Notes: generated by a model not told the origin, from the sequence alone. 64,000 bases of DNA from Zoogloeaceae bacterium (GCA_024235675.1 JACKLZ010000001.1:547256-611255); one strand, 5' to 3'; counted from the first letter of the stretch, positions 44,043 to 54,050 are shown. Translations and numbers: made by a program.

Positions 44043-45091
44043 CGCGCCAGAATGTCTTCGACCGCGTCCAGCTGTGTCACGAAATGCGCCACCAGCGACG
44101 GATCGAAACAATGCCCCGCCTGCGCCACCAGATAATCCACCGCGTTCTGGACTGACCACGGGTCTTTGTATGGCCGCTTCGACGTCAAGGCATCGAACAC
44201 GTCGCAAATCGCCGTAATCCGCCCTTCGATGGGTATCGATTCGCCCTGAAGTCCGTTCGGATAACCCGTGCCATCCCAGCGTTCGTGGTGATTGCTGGCA
44301 ATGCTGGCAGCCATCTGGACCAATACCGACGGGTGGTTGCCGAGAAAGTCTTCCCCCATCTGCGCATGGCGCCTCATATGCGCGAGCTCTTCCTCTGAGA
44401 GGCGGCCCGCCTTGCGCAGAATATCGTCGGAGACGCAGAGCATTCCGACATCGTGCAGCGGCGCGGCGCGCTCGATCATGAAGCACCGTTCGGCCCCGAG
44501 GCCGGCTGTTTTGGCCAGGATACGGGCCATCTTGCCCACCCGCACGATATGCGTCGCGGCGTTTACATCCGCTTTTTCGCAGACCATGGCCAGGCGATGA
44601 ACGATCGCGTCGGTGGCGTTGATCAACTCGGCCGTGCGCGCCTGAACCTGACGTTCAAGCGTCTCCTCGAAATGAGTTTCACGTTTCTGGGCCTGACGAA
44701 TCCGCAAGGCATTGCAGATCCGGACCTGCAAGGCTTCGATATCAAAAGGCCGCTCCAAAAAATCAAGCGCCCCGAGGGTCAGCGCCCGGTGGCGCAGTTC
44801 CATGGCGTTGGGGTGAATCACCACCAAAATCGGCTGATCCGGCGCCTCGCTCGACGCATGCTGGCACTGGGCCAGAAAGTCGAGCGCGGGTGATTGCGCG
44901 CTATCGAGATCGAGCAGGATGAGATCAAAGCACGTGTCGCGCAGTAGCGCCTGGGCGGCCAGTGGGTCAGAAACCGATGTCACGGCGGTTATTCCGGCCG
45001 CTTCAAGCGCTTGCCCGAATGCCGGATCACTTCCCGTGGGGTCGTCACACACCAGAACAGAAGCGGACTTCAAGAAATCGTCGGTAAGCAT
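44024..45091 (-). CDS. REC-HD-GYP c-di-GMP phosphodiesterase (RpfG-like)
   Basis: N-terminal receiver-like domain, LHDVG, HHERWDGTGYP and DVFDALTSKRPYK motifs. Confidence 0.9.
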   Translation of the reverse strand: MLTDDFLKSASVLVCDDPTGSDPAFGQALEAAGITAVTSVSDPLAAQALLRDTCFDLILLDLDSAQSPALDFLAQCQHASSEAPDQPILVVIHPNAMELRHRALTLGALDFLERPFDIEALQVRICNALRIRQAQKRETHFEETLERQVQARTAELINATDAIVHRLAMVCEKADVNAATHIVRVGKMARILAKTAGLGAERCFMIERAAPLHDVGMLCVSDDILRKAGRLSEEELAHMRRHAQMGEDFLGNHPSVLVQMAASIASNHHERWDGTGYPNGLQGESIPIEGRITAICDVFDALTSKRPYKDPWSVQNAVDYLVAQAGHCFDPSLVAHFVTQLDAVEDILARYPDVH

Positions 45092-45345
45092 CGCAGCTCC
45101 GCGCAGAGTGACAAGTTACCCGTGGACTTACGACACCACGGCTGCTTCACTGAAGCACGATTTGCAATCAATGCGGGGAACCTGGCAGCAGTCAGGACAA
45201 GCAAGTCATTGCCGGGTTTGCAATATCCGCTTTAGATCAAAGACGCAGATGCCGTTAGTCGGCAAAGTGAGTGCCTCTTTTTTGACCGGGCGTGCAAGAA
45301 TCGCCATGGCAGTCTGACTGCTGCCCCAAGAACAGGATGTCACGC

Positions 45346-47613
45346 ATGACGCAGCATTTGGCCACTGACTGCAATGACAGCGCGAAAGACGATAGCCAAC
45401 TGTCAGTGCAGGAGCAAAACGGCATCTTGAATCTCCAGCAGACGCTGCTGGCGGCCGTGGCTCGTGGTGACGCAGCGCAAGAGGTGATCGACCGTCTTTG
45501 CCTGCTCGAAGAGCAGCTGGTACCGAACGCCGCAGCCAGCGTGATGGTGATGGACGCCGAGACGAAACGGCTCAACGTTCTGGCCGCACCGAGCATCCCC
45601 GTCGAGGCCCGTGACCAGTTCAAGAATTTGCGCCCCGGCCCCGCAGCCGGTTCATGCGGGAATGCGGTTTTTCGTGCCGAACCGGTGTTTGTCAGCAATA
45701 CCTACACCGATGCCCGTTGGGCTGAGCTTCGCTCCGTGGCGGAGGACTTCAATATCTGCGCATGCTGGTCCATGCCCATTTTCGGCGCAGGCGGGAAGCT
45801 TATCGGTTCGTTCGCCCTCTCCAGCTTCGAACACCGGACGCCAAGCGCTTTTCACCAGAAATTGCTGGAAATCGGCGCGCATCTGGTCGGTATTGTTCTT
45901 GAGCGCCAAGCCAAGGACACCCAACTCCGCCTGGCCGCCCGTCTGTTTGAGACGAGCGAAGAAGGTATGGTCATCACGGATGCTGAGAACCGTATCCAGG
46001 CGGTGAATCCGGCCTTTACGCGTGCGACAGGCTATGTTCCCGAAGAGTGCATTGGCAAGCGTCCGTCCATGCTGTCATCCGGGCGGCACGACAAGGCCTT
46101 CTATGTCGCACTGTGGGAGAAGCTCCAACGCACCGGCCACTGGCAGGGCGAGATCTGGAATCGGCGAAAAAACGGTGAGATCTATCCCGAGTGGCTGGTG
46201 ATTTCCGCCATCCGGGACCGTGACGGCAAGATCATTCAGCATGTTGGCATTTTCTCCGACCTGTCTGAACAGCACGCCTCCCAAAACCGGATCCGCTTTC
46301 TCGCCACACACGATTCACTCACCGAGCTTCCGAACCGGATGGTTCTCGAAGAGCGCTGCGGCCAGACCATTGCCTGGGCGCGCAAGGCAAACCATCGCGT
46401 GGGCTTGTTGTTTGTCGATGTGGACAACCTCAAACTCGTCAATGATTCGCTGGGGCATGCCGCTGGTGATGTGCTCCTGCAGTCAGTGGCACAACGACTT
46501 CGTCACTGCGTCGGCGACAAGGATCTGGTCTGTCGCCAGGGCGGGGATGAATTCATTGTCCTGCTCGACGAGCTGCCAGGCTTCGAGATCGCCGCGACGG
46601 TAGCCAAACGGATCAACGAACGTTTGGGCGCGCCCTACCATACCGACAGCGGCGAACTGACCACCTCGGTCTCCATTGGCATCTCGGTTTTCCCGGACGA
46701 TGGCGAAGACTTCAACGCTTTGCTGCGCAAGGCCGATGCGGCGATGTATCAGGCCAAGGAAGCCGGGCGCAATACCTTCCGCAGCCATCGGCTGGATGTT
46801 TCATCCGACGCGCTGAACGACCTGACGATCCGCAATGGTCTCCGCCCTGCGCTGGATCGAAATGAATTCTCTTTGCACTATCAGCCGATCATTGCGCTCG
46901 ACAGCGGTGCGCTGATCGGCGCCGAGGCCTTGTTGCGCTGGCATCACCCGACACTCGGGAACATTCCCCCCGATCGATTCATTCCGGTGGCCGAATTGAC
47001 CGGACACATCGTGGGCATCGGCGAATGGGTCCTCGGCGAAGCCTGCCGAGAAGCGGCAAACTGGGTGCGACTGGGTTTGGGCGACCTGACCGTATCCGTC
47101 AATTTGTCAGCGCTTCAGTTTCGCCACGGCACGCTCGAGGCCCATGTCTCGAATGCGCTGACCCAGGCCGGGCTGAACGGACGCCGTCTCGAACTCGAAA
47201 TTACCGAATCAACGCTGATTGGCGATACCTCGGCACTGGTTGAGCAATTGGCAAACCTCAAGGCCATGGGAATTTGCCTGGCGATTGATGACTTTGGAAC
47301 GGGGTATTCCTGCCTCGCCTATCTGCGGCGCCTGCCCGTCGACCGACTCAAAATCGATCGTTCCTTTGTCGCAGACATGAGCGAGGATGCCGACGACGCC
47401 AGTATCGTTCGCGCCATTGTCCAGATGGCCGCGGGACTGGGCCTGCGCACCACTGCCGAAGGTGTTGAAGAAGCGCATCATCATGAAGCGCTGAAAGCCC
47501 TCGGTTGCACCGAGGTGCAAGGCTTTCACTATGCGCGACCCATGCCTGCAGAAGCCTTTGCGCGCTGGGCGGCCGATCGCCTCGGCCAATCCGGTGCGGC
47601 TATTTCAGGCTGA
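45346..47613 (+). CDS. GAF-PAS-GGDEF-EAL c-di-GMP enzyme
   Basis: GAF (GSCGNAVF, CWSMPI), PAS (WQGEIWNRRKNGE), GGDEF without RxxD, EAL (AEALLRW, DDFGTGYS, KIDRSF, QGF). An alternative ATG lies at 45337. Confidence 0.93.
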   Translation: MTQHLATDCNDSAKDDSQLSVQEQNGILNLQQTLLAAVARGDAAQEVIDRLCLLEEQLVPNAAASVMVMDAETKRLNVLAAPSIPVEARDQFKNLRPGPAAGSCGNAVFRAEPVFVSNTYTDARWAELRSVAEDFNICACWSMPIFGAGGKLIGSFALSSFEHRTPSAFHQKLLEIGAHLVGIVLERQAKDTQLRLAARLFETSEEGMVITDAENRIQAVNPAFTRATGYVPEECIGKRPSMLSSGRHDKAFYVALWEKLQRTGHWQGEIWNRRKNGEIYPEWLVISAIRDRDGKIIQHVGIFSDLSEQHASQNRIRFLATHDSLTELPNRMVLEERCGQTIAWARKANHRVGLLFVDVDNLKLVNDSLGHAAGDVLLQSVAQRLRHCVGDKDLVCRQGGDEFIVLLDELPGFEIAATVAKRINERLGAPYHTDSGELTTSVSIGISVFPDDGEDFNALLRKADAAMYQAKEAGRNTFRSHRLDVSSDALNDLTIRNGLRPALDRNEFSLHYQPIIALDSGALIGAEALLRWHHPTLGNIPPDRFIPVAELTGHIVGIGEWVLGEACREAANWVRLGLGDLTVSVNLSALQFRHGTLEAHVSNALTQAGLNGRRLELEITESTLIGDTSALVEQLANLKAMGICLAIDDFGTGYSCLAYLRRLPVDRLKIDRSFVADMSEDADDASIVRAIVQMAAGLGLRTTAEGVEEAHHHEALKALGCTEVQGFHYARPMPAEAFARWAADRLGQSGAAISG

Positions 47614-48418
47614 AACCCAGCGCCTTCAGCGCATCGACCAGGCGGTCGCGCCCTGACAGCGATTGGGGCCCGGCGACGCGCTTGGCCGAGTGGATGGCCC
47701 AACTGCCTTTCACGTCCATTTTCTGCGCCTCATAGAAGCGCGCCATGGCCGCGTTGTACTCGGCGATCGCGCCTCCCTGCTCCGTTGAATAGCTTTCGTG
47801 ATGCAGCACGGCCGACTGCGGCAGGCGCGGTTTGACACTGGCGGGCCGGGCCTCGTCTTCATGGCCGACGCACATGCCAAACACCGCAAAGGTCCTGGGC
47901 GGCAGTTTGAGCACGCCTGCCACGGCTTCCGGCCGATTGCGCATGCCGCCGATGTACACCGTCGACAGGCCCATCGATTCGGCCGCGGCGACCGCATTTT
48001 GCGCGGCAAGCGCAGCGTCGATCACGGCGGTCAGAAACATTTCGGTGTAGTCCAGCGCCTCGCTGGGGCGTCCTTCAGCAGCAGCCACCCGCTCAAGGCG
48101 AGACAGGTCGGCCAGCCACACCAACTGCAACGGTGCCTGACGGATATGCGCTTGATTACCCGCCAATTCCGACAGCTGATCGCGCACCGCCTGGTCGCGC
48201 ACCGCCACCACACTCCACACCTGCAAGTTGGACGAACTGGCGGCCGACTGTGCCGCCGCGATCATCGCACTCAGCTGGTCATCACTGACCGCATCGGGGC
48301 GAAATGCACGCACCGAACGATGCGTCATCAGCTGGTCGATCAGGGGCGTGCTGATCTGGGGAATCGCGTGTTCCATGCCGCCGTAGCGGGTGTCATACAG
48401 AAGTCGGTGTGCAGTCAT
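47600..48418 (-). CDS. NADPH-dependent flavin/nitroreductase (NfsA/Frp family)
   Basis: HRSVRAF, AASSSNLQ.WS, YIGGMRN, FGMCVG and KPRLP motifs. Confidence 0.92.
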   Translation of the reverse strand: MTAHRLLYDTRYGGMEHAIPQISTPLIDQLMTHRSVRAFRPDAVSDDQLSAMIAAAQSAASSSNLQVWSVVAVRDQAVRDQLSELAGNQAHIRQAPLQLVWLADLSRLERVAAAEGRPSEALDYTEMFLTAVIDAALAAQNAVAAAESMGLSTVYIGGMRNRPEAVAGVLKLPPRTFAVFGMCVGHEDEARPASVKPRLPQSAVLHHESYSTEQGGAIAEYNAAMARFYEAQKMDVKGSWAIHSAKRVAGPQSLSGRDRLVDALKALGFSLK

Positions 48419-48448
48419 CTTGGGGGGTGTCCAATCAAAGAGGGGCGG

Positions 48449-48916
48449 TCAGCGTTTTACCGGAATCGGCATTGCCCGATCAACCGTCACGGCAGTGACC
48501 GAATTCTGCGGGCTGCCGGAGATGACCTTGTCGGTGTAGGTCAGGTAGACCAGCGTGTTGCGACTCACATCGACAATGCGCACCACGTGCAATACCTTGA
48601 AAATGATCGATCGCCGCTCACTGAAAGCGTCTTCCTGTCTGGGCAGCGGCTCATGAAATTTGATCGGGCCGACCTGCCGGCAGGCAATCGATACATCCGA
48701 CAACTCCTCGGCGACACCAAAGGCGCCCGCGATACCCCCGCGTTCAGGCTTGGCCACATAACAGGCCACGCCTTCGACCTTGGGGTCATCAAACGCCTCG
48801 ACCACCAACTTGTGCGAGCCGGTGAGCTTCCACTCGGTGTTGACGCCGCCGATATCTTCGGCAAACGACGGAGACATCCACAACGCGGATGCGAGCATGA
48901 GCAACACGGCTTTCAT
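48449..48916 (-). CDS. creA: CreA-family periplasmic protein
   Basis: Signal peptide; EAFDDPKVEGVACY, SIACRQVGPI and NTLVYL.Y.DKVISGSPQNS motifs. Confidence 0.93.
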   Translation of the reverse strand: MKAVLLMLASALWMSPSFAEDIGGVNTEWKLTGSHKLVVEAFDDPKVEGVACYVAKPERGGIAGAFGVAEELSDVSIACRQVGPIKFHEPLPRQEDAFSERRSIIFKVLHVVRIVDVSRNTLVYLTYTDKVISGSPQNSVTAVTVDRAMPIPVKR

Positions 48917-49036
48917 TGGCCAGTCCTTTTCCTAGAAATGAAGCATTCAAACATGCACAAGATGGGGGCGCATCGACGACTCTCAAGCTTGAACGCGCCA
49001 ATTGCCGCCATTGGCCGCTTCGGATAGCCTGATGAT

Positions 49037-50824
49037 ATGACACGATCACGCACGCCAACCACCGGTCGACTCACTGTCGACACCCTGCTCACCCGCCTCC
49101 TGCAGGCCGGCCAGATCAGCCGCCACGACCACGATGAAACCGTTACCGCGCTGCGCATGCGCGGCCGTAACGACCAGCACCCGCTGGCGCAGGTCGGCGA
49201 GCGACGACTGACCCGCGCCTGTGCGCCGCACGATACGCTGAGCGTCGAGTCGCTGACCGAATGGCTGGCGGAGGACGCCGGGCTGACGTACTTCCACATC
49301 GATCCGCTGAAGATCGATGTGTCATCGGTGTGTAATCTGGTCTCGCATGCCTATGCCACGCGCTTCAGGATTTTGCCGGTGGCGATCCGCGACAACGATG
49401 TCACTATCGCCACCGCCGAGCCCTACGAGAGCGAGTGGCTCTCGGTGCTGGAGCAGGCGCTCAAGATCCGCATCCATCGGGTGCTCGCCAACCCGACCGA
49501 TATCGTGCGCTATCTGGCCGAGTTCTACAGCCTGGCCCGCTCGCTCAAGCACGCCGTCGCTCAGCACGAAGGCGTGCAGAGCGGGATCGGCAACTTCGAA
49601 CAACTGGTGCAGCTTGGCTCGCGCAAATCGCTGGACGCCAATGACCAGGCGGTCATCCACATCGTCGACTGGCTCCTGCAATACGCCTTTGAGCAGCGCG
49701 CCAGCGACATCCACATCGAACCGCGGCGCGAGGTGTGCAATGTGCGCTTCCGCATCGACGGCGTGATGCACCTCGTCTATCAGACGCCCGTGCCGGTCGC
49801 CGCCGCCATCACCAACCGTATCAAGCTGATGGGCCGCATGGACGTGGTCGAAAAACGCCGCCCGCAGGATGGCCGGATCAAGACGCAATCGGGCAACGGC
49901 GAAGAGATCGAACTGCGCCTGTCGACCATGCCGACCGCCTTCGGCGAAAAGCTGGTGCTGCGCATCTTCAACCCCGACGTGCTGCTCAAGTCATTCAATG
50001 AGCTCGGCTTCAGCCAGGGCGAAGGCGTGCGCTGGCGCGAGATGTTCTCCCAGCCAAACGGCATCATCCTGGTGACCGGGCCGACGGGTTCAGGCAAGAC
50101 CACCACGCTGTACTCGACGCTCAAGGAACTGGCCACCCCCGAGGTGAACGTGTGCACCATCGAAGACCCGATCGAGATGGTCTACCCCCATCTCAACCAG
50201 ATGCAGGTCCAGCACAACATCGGGCTCGACTTCGCCACTGGCGTGCGCACCCTGCTGCGGCAAGACCCGGACGTGATCATGGTGGGCGAGATCCGCGATC
50301 TGGAAACCGCCGAGATGGCTATCCAGTCGGCACTTACCGGGCACCTGGTGTTGTCGACCCTGCACACCAACGACGCACCATCGGCCATTACCCGTCTGCT
50401 CGATCTCGGCGTGCCGCCCTACCTCATCCGTTCGACCCTGCTGGGCGTGCTGGCGCAACGCCTGGTGCGTACGCTATGCCCGCACTGCCGCAAGCCACAC
50501 CCGATCGATGAGGTCGACTGGCGCGATCTGGTCGCGCCGTGGAAGTCCGCACTGCCAACGACGGCCTGTGGCCCGGTGGGATGTCTGGAGTGCCGCATGA
50601 CCGGCTATCACGGCCGGGTGGGTCTGTATGAACTCATGACGCTCACGCCCACGCTGCGCCAGCACATCAGACCGGACATGGATCTGGCGCGCTTCCGTGC
50701 CCAGGCGGTGCGCGAGCACATGACGCCGCTGCGCCTGGCGGGTGCCCGGCAAATCGCGGGCGGCACCACCACCATCGAGGAGATCGCCCGCTCGACCCCG
50801 CCGGCCAGCGGCGAAGCGCAATAA
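49037..50824 (+). CDS. Orphan GspE/PilB-family secretion ATPase
   Basis: RASDIHIEP, Walker A GPTGSGKT, TIEDPIE, LRQDPDVIMVGEIRD, STLHTN and tetracysteine CPHC...CLEC motifs. Confidence 0.92.
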   Translation: MTRSRTPTTGRLTVDTLLTRLLQAGQISRHDHDETVTALRMRGRNDQHPLAQVGERRLTRACAPHDTLSVESLTEWLAEDAGLTYFHIDPLKIDVSSVCNLVSHAYATRFRILPVAIRDNDVTIATAEPYESEWLSVLEQALKIRIHRVLANPTDIVRYLAEFYSLARSLKHAVAQHEGVQSGIGNFEQLVQLGSRKSLDANDQAVIHIVDWLLQYAFEQRASDIHIEPRREVCNVRFRIDGVMHLVYQTPVPVAAAITNRIKLMGRMDVVEKRRPQDGRIKTQSGNGEEIELRLSTMPTAFGEKLVLRIFNPDVLLKSFNELGFSQGEGVRWREMFSQPNGIILVTGPTGSGKTTTLYSTLKELATPEVNVCTIEDPIEMVYPHLNQMQVQHNIGLDFATGVRTLLRQDPDVIMVGEIRDLETAEMAIQSALTGHLVLSTLHTNDAPSAITRLLDLGVPPYLIRSTLLGVLAQRLVRTLCPHCRKPHPIDEVDWRDLVAPWKSALPTTACGPVGCLECRMTGYHGRVGLYELMTLTPTLRQHIRPDMDLARFRAQAVREHMTPLRLAGARQIAGGTTTIEEIARSTPPASGEAQ

Positions 50825-51976
50825 TCAGTTCGCTGGCGCGATGCGCAGGATGCGCCCCTCGGTTTCGTCCAGCACATACAGCGCACCGTCCGGCCCCTGC
50901 CGCACATCGCGAATGCGGTGGCCGATCTCAGTCAGCAGGCGTTCTTCACTCACTACCTTGTCACCGTTGAGTTCGACACGCAGCAGCATGCCGAACTTCA
51001 GCGAGCCGACGAAGAGATTGCCCCGCCAGGCGGGGAATAGATCGCCGGTATAAAACGCCATGCCCGACGGCGCAATCGACGGCGTCCATTGATGCACCGG
51101 GGGCGCCACATCGGCCCGTTGCGTGCCCTCGCCGATGCGCCAGCCGGTCACGTATTCGCGGCCGTAAGTAATCACTGGCCAGCCGTGATTGGCGCCGGCG
51201 CGCGGCACATTGATTTCGTCGCCGCCCTGCGGCCCATGTTCATGCGTCCACAGCGCCCCGGTGACCGGATGCAAGGCGGCACCCTGCACATTGCGATGCC
51301 CGTAAGACCAGATCTCCGGCAGCGCGGTGCTGTGTCCCACAAATGGATTGTCGGCCGGCACGCTGCCGTCCGGTCGAATCCGAACGATCTTGCCGAGGTG
51401 GCTATCGAGCGCCTGGGCGCGATCGCGATCGTGATAGCGCTCGCCAAGCGTGACGAAGAGATTGCCGCCGGCGCCGAACGCCAGGCGCGAACCAAAATGG
51501 TGACGCCCGGGCGGGTCGTCTCGCTGCGCGAAAATGACGGTTACGTCTTTGAGCCGGGGGGCTGCAGGCGAGAGCACCAGTTGCGCCCGCGCCACGGCGG
51601 TTCGCGCGCCGTTCGCGGTCGGCTGGGCGAAACTGAAGTAAATGAGCCCATCCTGCGCAAACCCCGGACCCAGGATTACATCCAGCAAACCACCCTGCCC
51701 CTCGGCATGCACCGTCGGCACCCCGACGATCGGTGTCGAGAGATGTCCGTCCGCCGAAACCAGGCGCAGACGACCGGGGCGTTCGCTGACCAGCATGCGT
51801 CCGTCGGGCAAGAATGCCAGCGACCATGGTGCCGCCAGCCCGGTCGCAATTGCTGTAACTGCCAGCTTACCCGCTGAGGAATTCAGCTGAACGGTGTCTG
51901 CCCGCGCCACTTGGCTCGCAGTCAGCACGACCGCCAGTGCGATGAGCCAATGAACCAGAAATCGATTGCCCGCCAT
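50825..51976 (-). CDS. PQQ-dependent sugar dehydrogenase (Asd/YliI family)
   Basis: Signal peptide; PWSLAFLPDG, GQGGLLDV, HFGSRL, YGHRNVQG, EHGPQGGDE and SIAPSG motifs. Confidence 0.93.
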   Translation of the reverse strand: MAGNRFLVHWLIALAVVLTASQVARADTVQLNSSAGKLAVTAIATGLAAPWSLAFLPDGRMLVSERPGRLRLVSADGHLSTPIVGVPTVHAEGQGGLLDVILGPGFAQDGLIYFSFAQPTANGARTAVARAQLVLSPAAPRLKDVTVIFAQRDDPPGRHHFGSRLAFGAGGNLFVTLGERYHDRDRAQALDSHLGKIVRIRPDGSVPADNPFVGHSTALPEIWSYGHRNVQGAALHPVTGALWTHEHGPQGGDEINVPRAGANHGWPVITYGREYVTGWRIGEGTQRADVAPPVHQWTPSIAPSGMAFYTGDLFPAWRGNLFVGSLKFGMLLRVELNGDKVVSEERLLTEIGHRIRDVRQGPDGALYVLDETEGRILRIAPAN

Positions 51977-52029
51977 CGTTTCCCTCCCGTTGAGACGCCG
52001 GATCTCAGTATGGCAAGCGAGGGGGAAAT

Positions 52030-52983
52030 TTAGTTCAGCGCTGGGAGTCTCGGCAGCACGGCGCTGCAGTCGGGAAAATGGCGGCACCCCCAATAATCGC
52101 CGTGCGAGCCGGTCGCGGAGACCATCTTCTCACCACACTGAGGGCAGGTCGGGGTGGTGTACTTCCCCTCGGTGGCGATCGCGTGGAGACGGTCACGTGC
52201 TTCGGGCGGCAGGCGCTCGATCATGGCCAGCAGCACACGCCCATCCACGAGCACAATGCCGTGCTCTCTTCCGAGTGTGCGGGCCTGGGGCGTAAAGCAA
52301 CCGTTGGTCATCAGGAAACCGCGCTCGATGGCTTCGTGGGTCATGGCCCCAATCAGCTCGCGCACCGGGGTCACATCAAGATAGGTCACACCACGGCTGC
52401 GTACGTGAACCAGTCCGGTGGCCTGCTCCAGCCGGGCTTTGTCCTGGTACAGAAACACGTCTCGTCCGGCGGCGTGCGGCAGGCAGACGGAGCGATGCGA
52501 CATCGCCTTCTGGGAATAGTAGGCGACACACAAGGCTTCGAATCGTTGCCACTCCAGACTCTCCAGCAGACTCAGTGTCCACACGCGGGCAGCCACCGGC
52601 ACCATGTCGGGATCGAAATCGGACAAGTCAGCGTCACCGATGGCAGAGGGGTCGAACTCGGTCGGCGCAGAGTGCATCGTCGGCGGCGCCTCACTGGCTT
52701 GCATGAGACTGTGCCGGGGTGCCTGCGCACGGCGCTTGTCGCCCAGCGATCCGCCCTTCCGGGCCGAACTGCGCCAGTGCGATGCCAGAACGACACCCCC
52801 CAGCACCACGGACACCAGCAGGGCCGCTGCCGGCACAATCGAAGTGGCACCGCTTTGCGATAAATCTCGCTGCCACAGGGCAAGCGCTGCGAGCACAAGC
52901 AAGAGCAGCACAAGCACCCATGTCGTCCGCGCTTTTCGCGGCGTGCCGGGCGTTTCGCGCCGCCGTACTTTTGCGTGATTCAT
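52030..52983 (-). CDS. Membrane-anchored Mrr-like PD-(D/E)xK-fold protein with C-terminal topoisomerase-type Zn ribbon
   Basis: Two TM segments, LEWQRFEALC, VRELIG.M, TNGCFT..A and LVDG motifs, then CPQCG...WGCRHFPDC. The catalytic Q-x-K position reads H-V-R. Confidence 0.78.
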   Translation of the reverse strand: MNHAKVRRRETPGTPRKARTTWVLVLLLLVLAALALWQRDLSQSGATSIVPAAALLVSVVLGGVVLASHWRSSARKGGSLGDKRRAQAPRHSLMQASEAPPTMHSAPTEFDPSAIGDADLSDFDPDMVPVAARVWTLSLLESLEWQRFEALCVAYYSQKAMSHRSVCLPHAAGRDVFLYQDKARLEQATGLVHVRSRGVTYLDVTPVRELIGAMTHEAIERGFLMTNGCFTPQARTLGREHGIVLVDGRVLLAMIERLPPEARDRLHAIATEGKYTTPTCPQCGEKMVSATGSHGDYWGCRHFPDCSAVLPRLPALN

Positions 52984-53187
52984 GTGCTCTCCCATGGCAT
53001 GGCCATGACCGACGTCTCCGCCTCGATGCAGGGCGGAAAATACCGATTTTGGCATAGCACCACGTATCCAACAAACAGCACTTGCTGATGTCATTCGCTT
53101 GCCCGGCGTGTGACGCGCAACATTGCGCCGCCCGACCGGGCAGGCGACAATCTCCGACCTTGAGCCTGGCTGGAGCCCCCTTTAAAG

Positions 53188-53856
53188 ATGAAGCTGATCG
53201 TCGCCATTTTGTCGCTTGTCGTGCTGGCCATTCTGGCCCCTTTGGCCTTCATGCCGTCGGCCGATGACATCCACCGCCAGCAATCAGCGCTGCCCTGGCA
53301 AATCGACGTCGATACGCAAGGACTCAGCCGGGTATTCGGCCTGACACTGGAGCAAAGTACGCTCGGCGAAGCGCGCGAGCGCTTTGGCCCGGACCTGACG
53401 GTGGCCATCGTCACCGCGCCGGGCGAAGCGGGTGCACTCGAAGCCTATCTGGGCAGCGCGCAACTGGGTTTCGTTACCGGCAAGCTTGTCTTGACGATCG
53501 CGGTGTCGGCCGACGAGCTTGACGGCATGCGTCAGCGCGCGGCCAAGACCGAATACATGGAATCAACAACCCGCAAGGCCACACTCAGCCCGGCTGACCT
53601 CGCCACGGCCATGACGCGCCCGATCGATAGCATCGTCTTCATCCCCTCGGTCAACCTGGACGAAGAGGCCGTGATCTCGCGTTTTGGCCCGCCCGCCGAG
53701 CGGATTGTCACCAATGCACACCAGACCCACCTGCTCTACCCCGACAAAGGGCTGGATCTCATTCTCGATGCGGACGGCAAGGAAATTCTGCAATACGTCG
53801 CACCGCGGAATTTCGAGCGCGTGCGCACCCCCTTGCAAAAAACGGTCGCTCAATAG
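53188..53856 (+). CDS. Hypothetical exported or membrane-anchored protein
   Basis: Hydrophobic N-terminus; PWQI, VFGLTL..STL.EA and LLYPDKGL motifs; no function recognised. Confidence 0.65.
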   Translation: MKLIVAILSLVVLAILAPLAFMPSADDIHRQQSALPWQIDVDTQGLSRVFGLTLEQSTLGEARERFGPDLTVAIVTAPGEAGALEAYLGSAQLGFVTGKLVLTIAVSADELDGMRQRAAKTEYMESTTRKATLSPADLATAMTRPIDSIVFIPSVNLDEEAVISRFGPPAERIVTNAHQTHLLYPDKGLDLILDADGKEILQYVAPRNFERVRTPLQKTVAQ

Positions 53857-54050
53857 TGCGGCGGCACCTCATCTTCGGGCCGCCCCGCTCCACCGGGCTG
53901 CGCGGAATGAAGCTGGCGTTTGAGATCCAGCACCTGCGATTGCAATAAGGCGATGGCCTCCTGCTGTCGGAACAGCGTCATGTTCAGGCCGTCGAGCAAG
54001 TCCTCGGCCGCCATGAGCTTGCACTCCAGCGCATCCAGTCGTGATTCCAT
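53850..54050 (-). CDS. slyX: SlyX-family protein
   Basis: LE.KL...EDLLD.LN..L..QQ..I coiled coil and C-terminal EVPPHY. Confidence 0.92.
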   Translation of the reverse strand: MESRLDALECKLMAAEDLLDGLNMTLFRQQEAIALLQSQVLDLKRQLHSAQPGGAGRPEDEVPPHY

